Origin: Chiloscyllium plagiosum
Taxonomy: Eukaryota
Reading direction: 5' to 3'
Assembly (NCBI RefSeq): GCF_004010195.1
Contig: NC_057712.1
Location: 78,478,529 to 78,542,528 of the forward strand
Length of the DNA: 64,000 nt
The position numbers and the translations under genes were made by a program. Below, in pieces: positions 24,501-36,844 of this stretch (positions are counted from its first letter, which is position 1; the number at the start of each line of letters is the position of its first letter). The notes beneath the pieces were generated by a model. The model saw only the letters and a program-made list of their open reading frames with translations, was not told the DNA's origin and made no database searches.

Positions 24501-25271
24501 CCTGCTTTATTGTTCTTATGCAGTCCATCTTCTCGATCTTGTAAACTGCTACCAGTGTTTGTCAGTGGTGTTGAAGTTGGTAGCTGAGTTGTTGGTCAAA
24601 GAGGATGCTTTGGCCAGAATGGTGATGAACTTAATGAGAGTTGTTGGAGTTGCACTCATCCAAGCAAGTGAAGAGTATTCAGTCATGTTCCTGACCCATG
24701 CCTTGTGTATGATGGACAGACTTTGGAAAGTCAGGAGGTGAGATAGTCACCTGAATTCCTAACCTCTGACCAGCTCTTGTTGCCACAGTATTAATACAGC
24801 TTATTCAATTCAGTTTCTGGGCAGTAGTAACCTTGGGATGTCAATAGTAGGAGATTCAGTAATGATTATGCCATCAAGGGTGTCGTTTAGAGTCTCTCTT
24901 GTTGGACATGTTGCACATATGTGGCTCGGATATCGCTTGGCACTTTTCAGTCCAAGCCTGGATATTATCCAGGTATTGTTGCTTATGGACACAGACTGTT
25001 TGAATGTCTGAGGAGTCACGAATGATGTTGACATTGAGCAATTAATCAGCAAATATCCTTACTTCTGACATTAGATGGAGGGAATGTTTTTGATCAAATA
25101 GCTGAGGGTGATTATGTCTCGGACACTCTCCTGAGAAACTCCTGCATTGATGTCTGAGGACAGAGGTGATTAACCTCCAATAGCCATAACTATCTTCCTT
25201 TCTGCTACGTATGATCCTCAACCAGTGTAGGGCTTTCACCCAGTTCCCAATGGATATAGTATTTTTTCTTT

Positions 25272-25547
25272 GCGAATTTTGAGAAGATTTGTAGCCTCTG
25301 GATGTAGCACTGGTGTCATGGACCGTTTTTTATTTGTGTTTAGGTTTTCTTGTATTGGTGACATCCACAGGAAATTATGCCATCACAGGAAATGATGTCA
25401 CCAACCCAAGGAAACCTAAACACATAAATAGAAAGCGGGCCATACCACTAGTGCTTCATCTCAAAGCTCACTGATGATGTTACCTAGTAGGGTGATGAAA
25501 AGTCTGAAAACGAGCCTTTCAGCTCAGCGAGCCAAACCTACGTCCAG
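25272..25547. mobile_element. Palindromic Penelope-derived element with TSD and hammerhead motif
   Basis: tatttgtgtttaggttttcttg pairs with caaggaaacctaaacacataaata. TSD-like tagt(a/t)ttttttct on both sides. Confidence 0.75.
25468..25507 (+). ncRNA. Minimal hammerhead ribozyme motif
   Basis: UCA-CUGAUGA-U-GUUACC UAGUAG GGUGAU-GAAA-A-GUC-UGA. Helix I is UCA/UGA and helix II is 6 bp. Confidence 0.62.
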
Positions 25548-26309
25548 TAGTTTTTTTTCTAGTGCTGCACTTGGTCAAATGCAATCTTGATGTCATGGGC
25601 ATTTGCTTTAAACTCACCTTTGGAATTTAATACTTTTGTCCAAGTTTGGACTAAGGCAGTAGTGAGATCAGAAGCTGAGTCTCAGTTTTGGAACTCAAAT
25701 TGAGCTTCAGCAAGAAGCTTATTCTTTTGCAAGTGGGAGGAGACCCCATGAGTTTTGAAGAGATGTGTACAGGCAGTCTGCCATTGCCTCGAAGAAGTTG
25801 TGTTTAGGGTCATGGTTTTCATGTGTGGAGAAGTATGTGCTAGTTATTTTGAACAAAACTTGTTAGCCGATGTCGTGTATGAGTATGTGTGGTTTCTAGG
25901 AAATTAATGCCTTCCTTCTGTGTTGTGGCTTTAAGATTTATGAAGGATCAATGTTTATTGAGGATAATGATTTTACTAATTCTTCTTGTTTGTTTATCCA
26001 AATGCCCCATGTGTCAGTACAAACATGGAAGGTACTGTTACTTTATTACTGTACCTAATAAATTAATTAGTGTTTATGAAAAATTAGACCCTGAAAATCA
26101 AAAAGGAATCCTTGAGAAAATCTCAAGTTGAGTGCTTGAAAAAATTCTTGACCATCCTCAAATGTAATCATTCAGCTATCAGTGACCAGGCTTTCGTCTT
26201 CCAATGCCTTAAGGTCTGGAATTCTCTACTGAAACCTCCCCACCTTCGATTTCGTCCTTTAAGGTGCTCCCTAAAACCTCTAACCAAATATTTAGTCATT
26301 CACCCTGTT

Positions 26310-26830
26310 ATAAGACATAAGAATCAAAGTAAGCCATTCAGCCCAAAGAATTTGTTCTGCCAAAAATGAAATCACAACTGATTTGATAATCCTCAACTAC
26401 TTTCGGTTTATTTCCCATAACCCTTACTTCCTGTACTGATTAAAATGTATCTCAGAAATATAGTTAATGACACAACCCTCAGCAGCAAAAGGTTCCACTC
26501 TGAGAAAAATTATCTCATCTATGTTGAAACTGGTTGGCCACTTACTCTGAGATTCTGCCCTCTGATCCTAAACTCTACAACAAGGGAAGACAACCTTTCT
26601 TCACCTACCCTTTCAACTTTTCTAAACATCTTACATGTTTGGATTGGGTTGCCTCTCATTCTTATAAACTCAAATGAGTGCAGGCCCTATCTACTCAAGC
26701 CCTCCTCATAAGACAGGCCCTTCACACTCAGGATCAACCAATGAATTTTCTCTGCATTGACTCCAGTGCCAATATATCTTTCCTAAGATAGGAAGAGAAA
26801 ACCAATTCACAGTATTTCAGCTACAGTCTT
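26310..26830 (-). mobile_element. Degraded CR1 LINE 3' end
   Basis: Minus strand reads YEEGLSRxGLHSFEFIRMRGNPIQTCKMF, plus a CR1 tail. Confidence 0.75.
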
Positions 26831-27474
26831 ATATAGTTGTCCCTTGTGTTTCTCTTTATGTGGCACATTGTCAAATGTTGCTTTAATGTGGAGGGGCTCT
26901 GCATAAAATACAGTCCATAGTGTGGAAATGTCCAAGTGTACAGATAGCCAAGGCATGGATGAGGATTTCAGCAGCAAAGTAAAAGATTTACTGTGGATAA
27001 TTCTATTTACAATATAGTCAACAGTGATTGAGCAGATCAACAGCTGCAGAAGATTGATAACTAATGACTGATCTAAGTCACAAGTTTGCACATTTGAAAA
27101 TGCAATTATAAATTACATGGCAAGAAACACATGTGAGAATGCGGTGTTGGAATGGAATCAGGACTTGTGGGTGTTGAGGGATGATCATGGAATATTTTAA
27201 TATGGTTCATCTCACAGCATGAAGATACAAATGTTCAGTTGTTGTTCTTTGGGAATGGGTGGATATAATGTCAAAGAACCTTAGCTAGAATGTTCCGACA
27301 ATGCAGGGGCGAACAGTGGATATCTTGATAAAACCCGGGGAATAAATTTCTAGGTTTGGTGTAGGAGTGATAGTGAGAGGAAACATTTGGGAATAAATAT
27401 TTTAGAAGATAGTCTGGCACCTTGTAACCAGTGGGATAAAAGATGTATGAGAAAGTGAAAGGTATCATAGGAAT

Positions 27475-27497
27475 AGAGAGAGAGAGAGAGAGAGAGA
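27475..27497. repeat. (AG)n microsatellite
   Basis: Direct AG repeat run. Confidence 0.95.
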
Positions 27498-28282
27498 CCA
27501 AAGTATATTTGATGATATGGAACTGGTTGTTGCCATGCTGTCTCAAACGGGACCACTGATGCGAAGTTTAGTCAGATAGTCAGGTATGAATAAGTCAATT
27601 CTTGAAAGCAGCATTTTCAACACCTGGAAACTGGGTGGGAATAGATCTTGGTCTAGACTGAAAGGTATACTCAGACATGTGTAATGATATTCTGATAGTT
27701 TGTAAAAATATTTGTCAAGTTAATCAAAGTAATTTATAATAGAAACATCCTTAATAAACTTTTTTATTTAAATTCTGAGTTTCGGGAAGACCACAGTTTT
27801 TTTATTAAGTCACTGAGACTATGTGGCTCAATCGTTTTGAGCCTCTGCCATTCTTCACATCATCCTCCCACACTGGTGTTAAGGAAAGAATTCCAGGACA
27901 CTGCCAACTTTGAATTTAATCCTGAATAATGGTAGAAATATTTATCTGTGACATACAGGATAAATAAGTAACATCCAAAAACAGAGCCAAAGACACAATG
28001 ATGAAGTTTTTTTTAATATATGAGAAGAAGCATAATGTAACAGGAGGAGACTGGTACCTGAAATAAATCTTAAGATGTTTTCTTATAAAAGAAAAAAAAG
28101 AAGCGGATTTTGGGGTAGCCTGAAGTAGTACCTTGTAACCAATGGGATTTCCTTGGGGATCTTGTAGGGTTGGCTTGCAGTGGAGAACTGGAAGATCTGG
28201 CAGCCGTTGTGTTGGAACAGGGTAAGCGCCAATATGGAACAGAGTCCAAGGCTTGCTCACTGGGAAATTCTTAGGACCATCC

Positions 28283-28702
28283 ATTTGAGTGCATTCTGCC
28301 CAGGATTTACCCACTATTAAAAATAATGGTCAGCAAATCATGAATAGTGCATATCTCATATTCCAGCATGCACTGCCAGCATACACGTCTCTCTTTACTG
28401 AAAGGCAACTGAGAAATTCTAGGGATGGAAAGTTTGTTCTTTCGTGGATGGGGTTGAAGGTTTAATTGTTGACCAGAATATTGACTATCTCAATTGGGTT
28501 TTCTTAATTTTTGTCTCAAAGAAACTGATTAATGCAGTCAGTGCACTTGGCTCAGGGCCATGTTCATTACTAAATTGGTTACCACTCAGTAAAGAGACGT
28601 GTATGTTGGCAGTGCATGTTGGAAAATGAGATGTGCACTGTTCATGATCTTCTGACCATTATTTTTAATAATGGGTAGATCCTAGACAGTACGCACTCAA
28701 AT
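28283..28702. mobile_element. Long inverted repeat / MITE-like element (arms ~118 bp, spacer ~185 bp)
   Basis: 28283-28401 (atttgagtgc...gtctctctttactga) is the reverse complement of 28586-28702 (tcagtaaagagacgtgt...gcactcaaat), with scattered mismatches. Confidence 0.8.
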
Positions 28703-29519
28703 TTTGATCTGTGTTCTCTTAGTCTTCCATCACAGTATGAGTTTGTAATACGATGCTATATATCCTGTACATTGCCATGCCTGCAGTTAATTCCCACATC
28801 CAGCAGATTGTTATGCTTATTATATTTCGATATCTTGAACTATGTCCTTGAATCTGGAGAAGCTGATGTTGCTGAAATTTTCTTTCCTGAAGTAGCAGCT
28901 AAGGTACGTTCTCTTCTGTTGTGTGAGTCTCCTCGGTACATTATCCCTGTGCACCATCTTCCTTAATCGGTCAATAGAAATGATTTGTCAAGTAAAGTTA
29001 GACTTTTGGCTACATAAAGTGGAGATTAATAGTGAAAATGTTAAGGTTATTGGTGTGGCAATTATTGAGAATGTAAAACAAATTAACTGCCAAAATGTAA
29101 ACAGAGGATAGAATGAGCTAACATAGCACAGTGAGTTATCTTTTGAACATTACTGCAAACTTGAAAAGGTAGTCAAACATCCATTTGTTGTGCTGCTTGT
29201 TAGTGGTTTCTAAAACTGCTGGTTCATAGCATCTGGTATTCTGTTTCCAAGTGTGAAGGTAAATGGTCGCAACATAGTGGGGAGTAATTCTAAGGCACGT
29301 TTTCATGTAATTGTACTTGGATTAATGTTTTATTTGTTGTGCCTCACCAGGTAGCTGGAAATCAAACTACAATATTTCCAGAGTTGTCACAAATGTTAAA
29401 AATTTTAAAAAGTACACAGAATTCCCCAGTTTGCCTGTTTTTTTATACCCACATTGACTAAGCACTGCTCCAGTTTCTATACTTAACAAAAATTATGAGT
29501 TATGATGGAACCAAATTGT

Positions 29520-30070
29520 TAATGGTGCAAATGGTGGTTATTTGGCCCATTCTGCTCCCACTGGTTCTGTTATCCAGTGCCAATCTCTTGCCTTTACCCC
29601 ATACCCACTACACCATTTATATCCAAATAACCATTCAAATGCCCTCTTAAATGGCTCAATTGAACCCACATCTACCACATTCTTTGGGCAGTGAATTCCT
29701 TACCTTACTGTGTGAAAGCCTTTTCTCACATGGCCCATGCTTCATTTGCACATCAATTTAAATTTATGCCCCTTCGTTATTTTTCTTCTACAAGTGGGAC
29801 CAGCTTCTCCCTATCTACTCTATCCAGCCTGCTTATGATTTTGAAAACCTTGATCAGATCTCTGCTTATTATTCTCTCCGAAGAGAACAGTCTTAACTAC
29901 TACAATTTATGTTCCTAACTAAAGTTTCTCATTTATGGAAACATTCTTATAAATTGCTTGTGCTTTATCACAACTTAGCAATAAGGTTGTACACACAACT
30001 GTATATGTACTTGAGGTACTGTCTAATAAGTGTCTAATGTAATTTCAATGTCTGTTTTCTGCACTTGTAC
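29520..30070 (-). mobile_element. Degraded CR1 LINE 3' end
   Basis: Similar to 44570-45240. Minus strand has LFSSE...RRDLIKVFKIISRLDRVDREKLVPL remnants. Confidence 0.7.
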
Positions 30071-32000
30071 TCTGTAAATAAATAAATTCGAGCTACAAAT
30101 AAACAATTATTAACTGGCAAGATAACACTATTAAAACTTGAATCGCCTTATAAATCTCCCGTTAAATACACACACACATACTTCTCCAGATATCTTCACT
30201 TGCATGCAGAAGGAAGAGATTGGCTATTTCATGCTTATGAAGTCTCTGGCTTACTGGTTTAGAGCAATAACTTAGAGCCACTGCTGAGAGAAAAATAAAC
30301 TAGCGTTTTCAGCATTAAGGTTTGTTTTTGTTGTTGCGGGGAAAAGAGACGGCTCCTGACCTTGCAGAAGTCTGATTGCTTTTAACTATTTTGTTGTGCC
30401 AAGATGTTAATCTACCTAGGAGCCAATCACATAATTGATGTTTGTCATCAATAGCTGATCACAAGGCCATAGACCAATCAACAACTTGTTGCTGGTTGAA
30501 ACTCTCTTCATTTCTAGGTTTTTCAAACAGCCTTTTCCCATTCCTGTCCACAATCAAGAAAGATAGAAAAATAGAAAAGACACACATCCTTTACTTATTT
30601 TATTTCCAAATGTCTCGTAATGATCACTTTGAACATGAATACCACATTATAACTGTATTTTGTCACATTAGTTGACATTCACTTCATCAGATGTGACTGG
30701 TTAATTATTTTTAGTTCCTTTGAAATTCCCCCAATACATTGTACAATGTTTGCTGGGTGAAGGAAGGGGTTAGTTAACCAGTCTCCACATGATTACTTAG
30801 GTGATATGTTCTGACTCAGCTTGCTTGTAAAAATTTACAATGTTGGCACTTGGAGCCAAGATCTGAAATTTGTCAAATTATCATGCTGTCATTTAGCATT
30901 GTCAATTATTCCATACTCTTTATAACCTTGCGAACACTACAAAATAGGATAAAGTATTACATTTATGAGGTGACTTTTGGTCTGTGTGTAAGTGTTGTAG
31001 AGATTGAATTAGTGTCATGCTTTATATAATGATTGCTACAGATATTCTCATCAACATTGTTCTCTCAATCAGTGTGAACAGAAAGACAGGTTTGATGGTC
31101 AGTAAACTTAGTACCATTTGTTGCATGTTCCCGCAAGCAAAATACACAAACGCAAGTCATGGAATTTCAAATTAATTTACATGTGAACATTTAAAGACTG
31201 TTTTGAGACCCAAAATAAGGAGATGCAGTATAAGTACAAACCTTTTTATCCATGCAATCACACACGAGGTTTCTAGATTGTTGCTGATTTGTTGATATTC
31301 TGAAATATTATGATTAAAATATTTGAACACAGAATTTTGTAGCAACATTTGGAAAAGAGGTCACTCTCATTGATTACACTTCACATAAATTCCGATACAT
31401 CTGGTTCTGGATCTCCAAAGTTGTGATCTCTCAACAGTTCTGTTATATTGACTGAGGTAGTTAGATTTTTTTTTAACCTTTTTATACCTCTGCTCAACTT
31501 TGCAAGTTATGTCCCTTCCCACATAAATGCAATCATTACTAAAAGTCATCTAAGCTACTAGAGCTTCTGCTAATCTTATGGCAATATGTACATATCCAAA
31601 ATTATACATTACTTGAATGCCTCTGCTCCTTTTTAAATATTTGTAGACACTATGGAAATACTAGATATTCCAAATTTAATCTTTTTAAATCCTCAATGCA
31701 TTAAGATATTAGAATTCTCATACTTAATTGCTGAAAATGTAGTGCTGCAGTAAGGCTGCAATTCCAATTATCAAGTTAAATGTCATTTACTTTTCATCAT
31801 TTTATTCACTCAGACATTCACAGATTCGGACTGAAGTGAAAATTCAATTTGAATTCTTTTTGGTCAGAATTTACTACTGCTTGCATGTGAGTGACATATA
31901 CGGCCAGAAAAATATGCCTGAGTCAGATATATATTGAGTGTGAGTAGTGAGTTAGATTTACATGGTAATTCTGTGCACAAAACCTAAAGGTACTTTAAGT

Positions 32001-32190
32001 AAGAGCAAATTACTGCAGATGCTGGAATGTCTACTGGGAAAAAAACAAATGCTGGAAATCGCAGTGGGTCGGTAGCATCCATGGGAGAGAAAGCAAGCTA
32101 ACGTTTCGAGTCTAGATGACTCTTCATTTCAGCTCTGATGAAGAGTCCATGGATACTGTCTGATCCACTGTGATTTCTACCATTTGTTTT
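32001..32190. mobile_element. Palindromic Penelope-derived element with near-intact minus-strand hammerhead
   Basis: Minus strand reads AG-CUGAaaUGA-A-GAGUC AUCUA GACUC-GAAA-C-GUU-AGCU. Inverted arms surround ~32137. Confidence 0.7.
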
Positions 32191-32307
32191 ATTCCGTACT
32201 TTAAGAGCATGAAGACAGAAAAGGGATATGAGTGTGTGTGCGCGCAAGAGGACCAGCCAGTTGCGCAAGAGTATCCAGAACACAACATGAGAACTCGGAG
32301 CAGGACT

Positions 32308-32540
32308 ATAGATTAGAGTGGCGCTGGAAAAGCATAGCATGTCAGGCAGCATCCAAGGAACAGGAAAATCGACGTTTCGAGCAAAAGCCCTTACTCAGGA
32401 GTGACTCATTCTTGATGAAGGGCTTTTGCCAAAACGTCGATTTTCCTGCTCCTCGGAGGCTGCGCGACCTGCTGTGCTTTCCCAGCGCCACTCTATTCCA
32501 GACTCTGAAATCTCCAGTATCTGCAATCCTCACTCTTGTC
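32308..32540. mobile_element. Palindromic Penelope-derived element with two decayed back-to-back hammerheads, inserted in a CR1 tail
   Basis: Arms agagtggcgctggaaaagcatagca and tgctgtgctttcccagcgccactct are inverted. TSD-like ggagcagga(c/g)ta on both sides. Confidence 0.8.
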
Positions 32541-32544
32541 TGGG

Positions 32545-33240
32545 AGCAGGAGTAGGCCATCTGACTCTATAGCCCCCGCCATTCAGTCAGATCATGGCTG
32601 ATCTTTTCATGGCCCCAGCTCCACTTAGGCGCCCTCTCAGTATAACCCTTAATTCCTTTACTGTTCAAAAAGTTTTCTATCTTAGTTTTAAACGCATTCA
32701 ATGAGGAAACCTCAACTACTTCATTGGGCATGGAATTCTACAGATTCACAACCCTCTGGGTGAAGAAGTTCCTTCTCAATTCGGTCCTGAATCTGCTCCC
32801 CCTAATTTTGAGACTATGCCCTCTTGTCCTAGTTTCACCCGCCAGTGAAAACATCCTCTCTACTTCTATCTTATCTATTCCCTTCATAATTTTATATATT
32901 TCTATAAGACCTTCCCCACTCTGTTTCCTAAATTCCAATGACTACAATCCCAGTCTACTTAGTTTTTCGTCATAAGCTAACCCCCTCAACTCCGGAATCA
33001 ACCCAGTGAACCTCCTCTGTACTCTCTCTCGTGCCAGTACATCATTTTCAAGTAAGAAGACCAAATTTGCGCACAGTACTCCAGGTGTGGTCTCACCAGC
33101 ATTCTATGCAGCTGCAACATAACCTCCCTGCTTTTAAACTCAATCCCTTTAGCAGGGAAGGGCAACATTCCATTTGCCTTCCTAATTACCTGTTGTACCT
33201 GCAGACCAACCTTCTGTGATTTACATACAAGTACACCCAG
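32545..33240 (-). mobile_element. CR1 LINE 3' portion
   Basis: Minus ORF 32738-32938 reads LIEIYKIMKGIDKIEVERMFSLAGETRTRGHSLKIRG...RRNFFTQRVVNL. Confidence 0.9.
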
Positions 33241-33299
33241 ATATCCAATTTTTAAAAATTGTTTTGGATATTAATGACGTTGTTAGTTCCTTGGAGGAC

Positions 33300-34850
33300 T
33301 GCATTTGGAGCTAGGTTTGTGGCACCACATGTGGTCCAGCTGTACGGGCAGGGTGGAAGAAGAGAAGTGACAGACAGATATTTCCATGCTTTAGATGTCA
33401 CTCCAGCATGATATCTTTCTTCCCTGGTGACACAACCAAAAATTTCTTGAAGAAACTGCAGGCCATTCTTCTGGTGCAGGATGAACAGTCAGAGTCATAG
33501 TCCATGTGAGTACCAGTGTCTTTACTGGGAAGGGGAATATGATTATCAAAACAGATTTCATAGCTAGGAAAGATATTTTAAAAAAGGCCTCTAAATCAGT
33601 AATCTTAGGAATACTTCCAGTCCCATGTGCTAGTGCATAGACTAAGGGAATTGAGTGATTGAACATGTGGCTGAGGATTGGGATGAGAGGAAGGACATCA
33701 AATTTCTGAGACATTTCTGGGATAAATGGGAATTTACAAGATAGATGAACTGTATCTTCACAGGACCAGGATCCTCAGAGGGAAATTCAGTATTTGGTAC
33801 CACAAGGATTTGAACTAGATTTCAGGAGAATGAAAACATGAAAGAGAGCTCAGATTTAAGAAGCAAAACTGGTAAAGGGAAGTGGAATGCAAAAATAGAA
33901 AACAGATGAAGCACACGTGAGCACCAAATAGGATCAGAATGGAGAATAATATTAAAAAGCAAAATGAATAGCATTCTGTCTGAATACATGTAACATTCAC
34001 AAAAAAGTTCAAGATTTGTGTGCATAAGTTGAAGTATTGCCATTCCATGATTTAGCATCAGGTTGACCTAAGATTGGGAACTGAATACTCAAAGAAATTT
34101 GGCATTTTAGAGCGCTGGGGGGAAAAGAAAATGAGGTTGCCTAGCACTCTTAGAAAGGAACACCATCATCACATTAGTAAGAGTGGTTTTGAGCTCCAAG
34201 TATCAAGATGACGAATGAGTTTGCATGAGGGTATGAAACAGCAAAGGGAAGAAAACATCGTTGAGAATTGTTTATCGGCCACCAAACTACTAGTACTGAT
34301 GATCAACATGTTATAAATCTGACATTTAGAGTTGCATGTATGTAGGTAATACAGCATCACCTGATGAAGGAGCAGCGCTCCGAAAGTTAGTGCTTCCAAA
34401 TAAACCTGTTGGACTATAACCTGATGTGTGATTTTTAAATTTCCGTGCAGTTACGGTCAACCAAATCAGTGCTTTAACTGTGGATAATGAATTTTTGGAG
34501 TGTGTACAATATGGATTTCTGATGTAGTATGTTAAGCTAACTAAGGATTGGGCTATTATGGACCTGTGAGATGAGAAAGGGCTCATAATCTTGGTGTAAA
34601 GAAACTTTTGGGAAATAGTGTCTAGGATAAGATTGAATTTCACGTCAGGTTTGAAGGCAATATAGTTCATTCTGAATCAAGAGTCTTAAGACTGAAGAAA
34701 AGAAATTATGAAGATATGAGTGGTGAATTGGCTAGGGTGGATTGTGAAAATATACCAAAACATTGGGTGGTAGACATGTAATAGCTAGTACTTAAAGAAG
34801 TACAATCTGATTTATAATAGGTATACATTCCTCTAAGGTGCATTGACCCA
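33300..34850 (+). mobile_element. Heavily degraded CR1 5' region (ORF1 esterase and endonuclease remnants)
   Basis: Remnants VIVHVxT, xLNMWLR, DELYLH and QYVKLTKxxAIMDL are collinear with 37900-39200. Confidence 0.55.
34358..34392 (+). ncRNA. Minimal hammerhead ribozyme motif (intact core) in a short Penelope-derived repeat (34352-34440)
   Basis: CAC-CUGAUGA-A-GGAGC AGC GCUCC-GAAA-G-UUA-GUG. Helix I is CAC/GUG and helix II is 5 bp perfect. Confidence 0.7.
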
Positions 34851-36534
34851 AAGGGAAGATAAATCAACAAGATAAATCAAAGATTATATTCAATCAAATA
34901 TAGAAACTGGGATTATAGTATGCTGTTCATCCATCAAATCCTGAATTCTTTATCTTAACTGCATACTCCTGCTGTCTTCAATAAGCTCTACACCCTGAAC
35001 TTCCAGAAATCTACGTCATACTTAGTTAAATATATTCAGTGACTTCACCTCCGCAACCTTCTGTAGTAGAGATTCTGGTTCACCATTCTCTAAGCAAATC
35101 TCTCCTCATAATAGGCCAGATGGCCGACAGTGCATCCGGAAATTGTGGCACCTTATTCTGAGCTTCCTCCACCACCTTAACCAGTTGAAATTCCTACGTC
35201 CAGTCTATTTTTTAATTAAATTCCCTCTTATTCTTCCAAAGTGCAGTGAATACAGATGCAGTCAATGCAAAATTTCCTGTTGTGACAAACATGACATTGC
35301 AGAAATCAGTCTGGTGAACCTTCACTGCATTGACTTTCTTGGCAGTGTAGCTTTTCTTAGGTCAGAGGATCAAAACTGCTCTCAATATACCAGGTGTATT
35401 TTGAAATGGATTATTAGGATGCCAGAAAAAGTGATGAGCCTAGGGATTGCGAGCCATGTGATGCATAACAAACTGTTTAAGAAAGAGAAAAGAGATATGA
35501 ATACAAACTAGTGAAGAACACAAGAGCAGAATGAAAAATGCTGTTTTATGTATCCAAAAATAGAAAGATTAGCTCGACAAATGTGGGCCAAGTAGAGTCA
35601 GGGTCAGGGAAATGGGAAGTGTAATAGGAAACCAGTGAAATAATGAGAAAACAATCTTTGGGTGACCCCAAGTACTCAGCTTACCACCAATTTCTCCAGG
35701 GCAGTTAGTGTTGGGTAATAACATTGAGCTAGCCAATAACGCCCCGTCTATACATGAAAAAAAATCATATTGATGGAAGATATAGAAACCATCTCAGAAA
35801 TACTAGGTGACCAAAGATGTTGTGAAACTGAGCTGCTAAAAGAAACTAGCATCAGTAAAGAAGCAATATTTCAAACGTTAACTCCTTTGAAATTTGATAA
35901 ATCCTCTGAATCAGATGAGCATGATCCTAAGGTGTTGAAGGGAGTAGCTAGTGGAGGCTTTCGTGATTTTCTTTCATAATCCTATAGATTCTGGAGCAGT
36001 TACTGTGGATTGGAAAGTAGCAAATGTCACCATACTTTTAAGAAACTAAGAGGAGAGAAAATGGAGAACTACAAAACTGTTAGTTTGATGCCAGTAATCA
36101 AGAAATGTTAGAATTTATTGCAAATAAGAAGATATTTGGACATTTAGGAAAGAGTGGTAATAATCAAAATCAAAATGGATTTATGAAAGGGAAATTGTGT
36201 TGAACATGTGTGACTTACTTGAGGCTATTTCTTGTAGCATTGATAAAGGAGAATCAGTGGATGCGGTGTTTTTAGATATTCGAAAAGCTTTTGTTAAAGT
36301 CCCACAGAGGAGGTTAACTAAATAAAATTAGACCACATGGGTTTGGCGAAACTATGTCAGGTTGGATCGAGGATTGGTTAACAGACAGTAAACTGACAGT
36401 AGGAATAAATGGGTCATTCTGAGAATGGCAAGCTGTTACTGGTGGGGTGCCATAAGGACCAGTGCTAAGTCCATAGCTGCTGGCATTCTATAGGAATGAT
36501 TTCATTGTGGAGAAGATTTATGTTATTTCCAAAT

Positions 36535-36650
36535 TGGAGGCTCCTACAACAGTGGTGTCCCTTCCTTTGAGCTAGGAGGCCTGGGTTCAAGTCCCACCAG
36601 ATTCTGAGGTGTGTTGTGACACAATTGAATAGGTTGATTAACAACATCTA
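36535..36650 (+). mobile_element. Short tRNA-derived SINE fragment nested in LINE
   Basis: B-box-like gggttcaagtccc. Flanked by tatttc(c/t)aaa direct repeats and interrupts the RT frame. Confidence 0.5.
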
Positions 36651-36844
36651 TTATTTCTAAAATTGCTGACGACACTAAACTGGGAATGCAAGTGGTGAAG
36701 TGATTGCAAAGGAGGCTTTAAGAGAATATGTACAAGTTAAGTAAATGGGCTGCAAGATGAAAAATAATGTGAATAAGAATGACATTATTCACTTAGGTAG
36801 AGGAAAAAAAAATGTAGGACATTTCTTAAATGAGGATTCTGGGT

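Larger units (their letters stand above)
24545..25720 (-). mobile_element. Degraded non-LTR retrotransposon RT fragment (L2/CR1 group)
   Basis: Minus strand carries GVxQESV, SEVRIFAD and QYLDNIQAWxEK-like RT remnants. Interrupted by the element at 25272-25547. Confidence 0.6.

Noticed and set aside
28772-28966. ORF with IFFPEV resembling NT5DC1 YFPEI
   Set aside because: No similarity beyond a few residues and no convincing splice acceptor.
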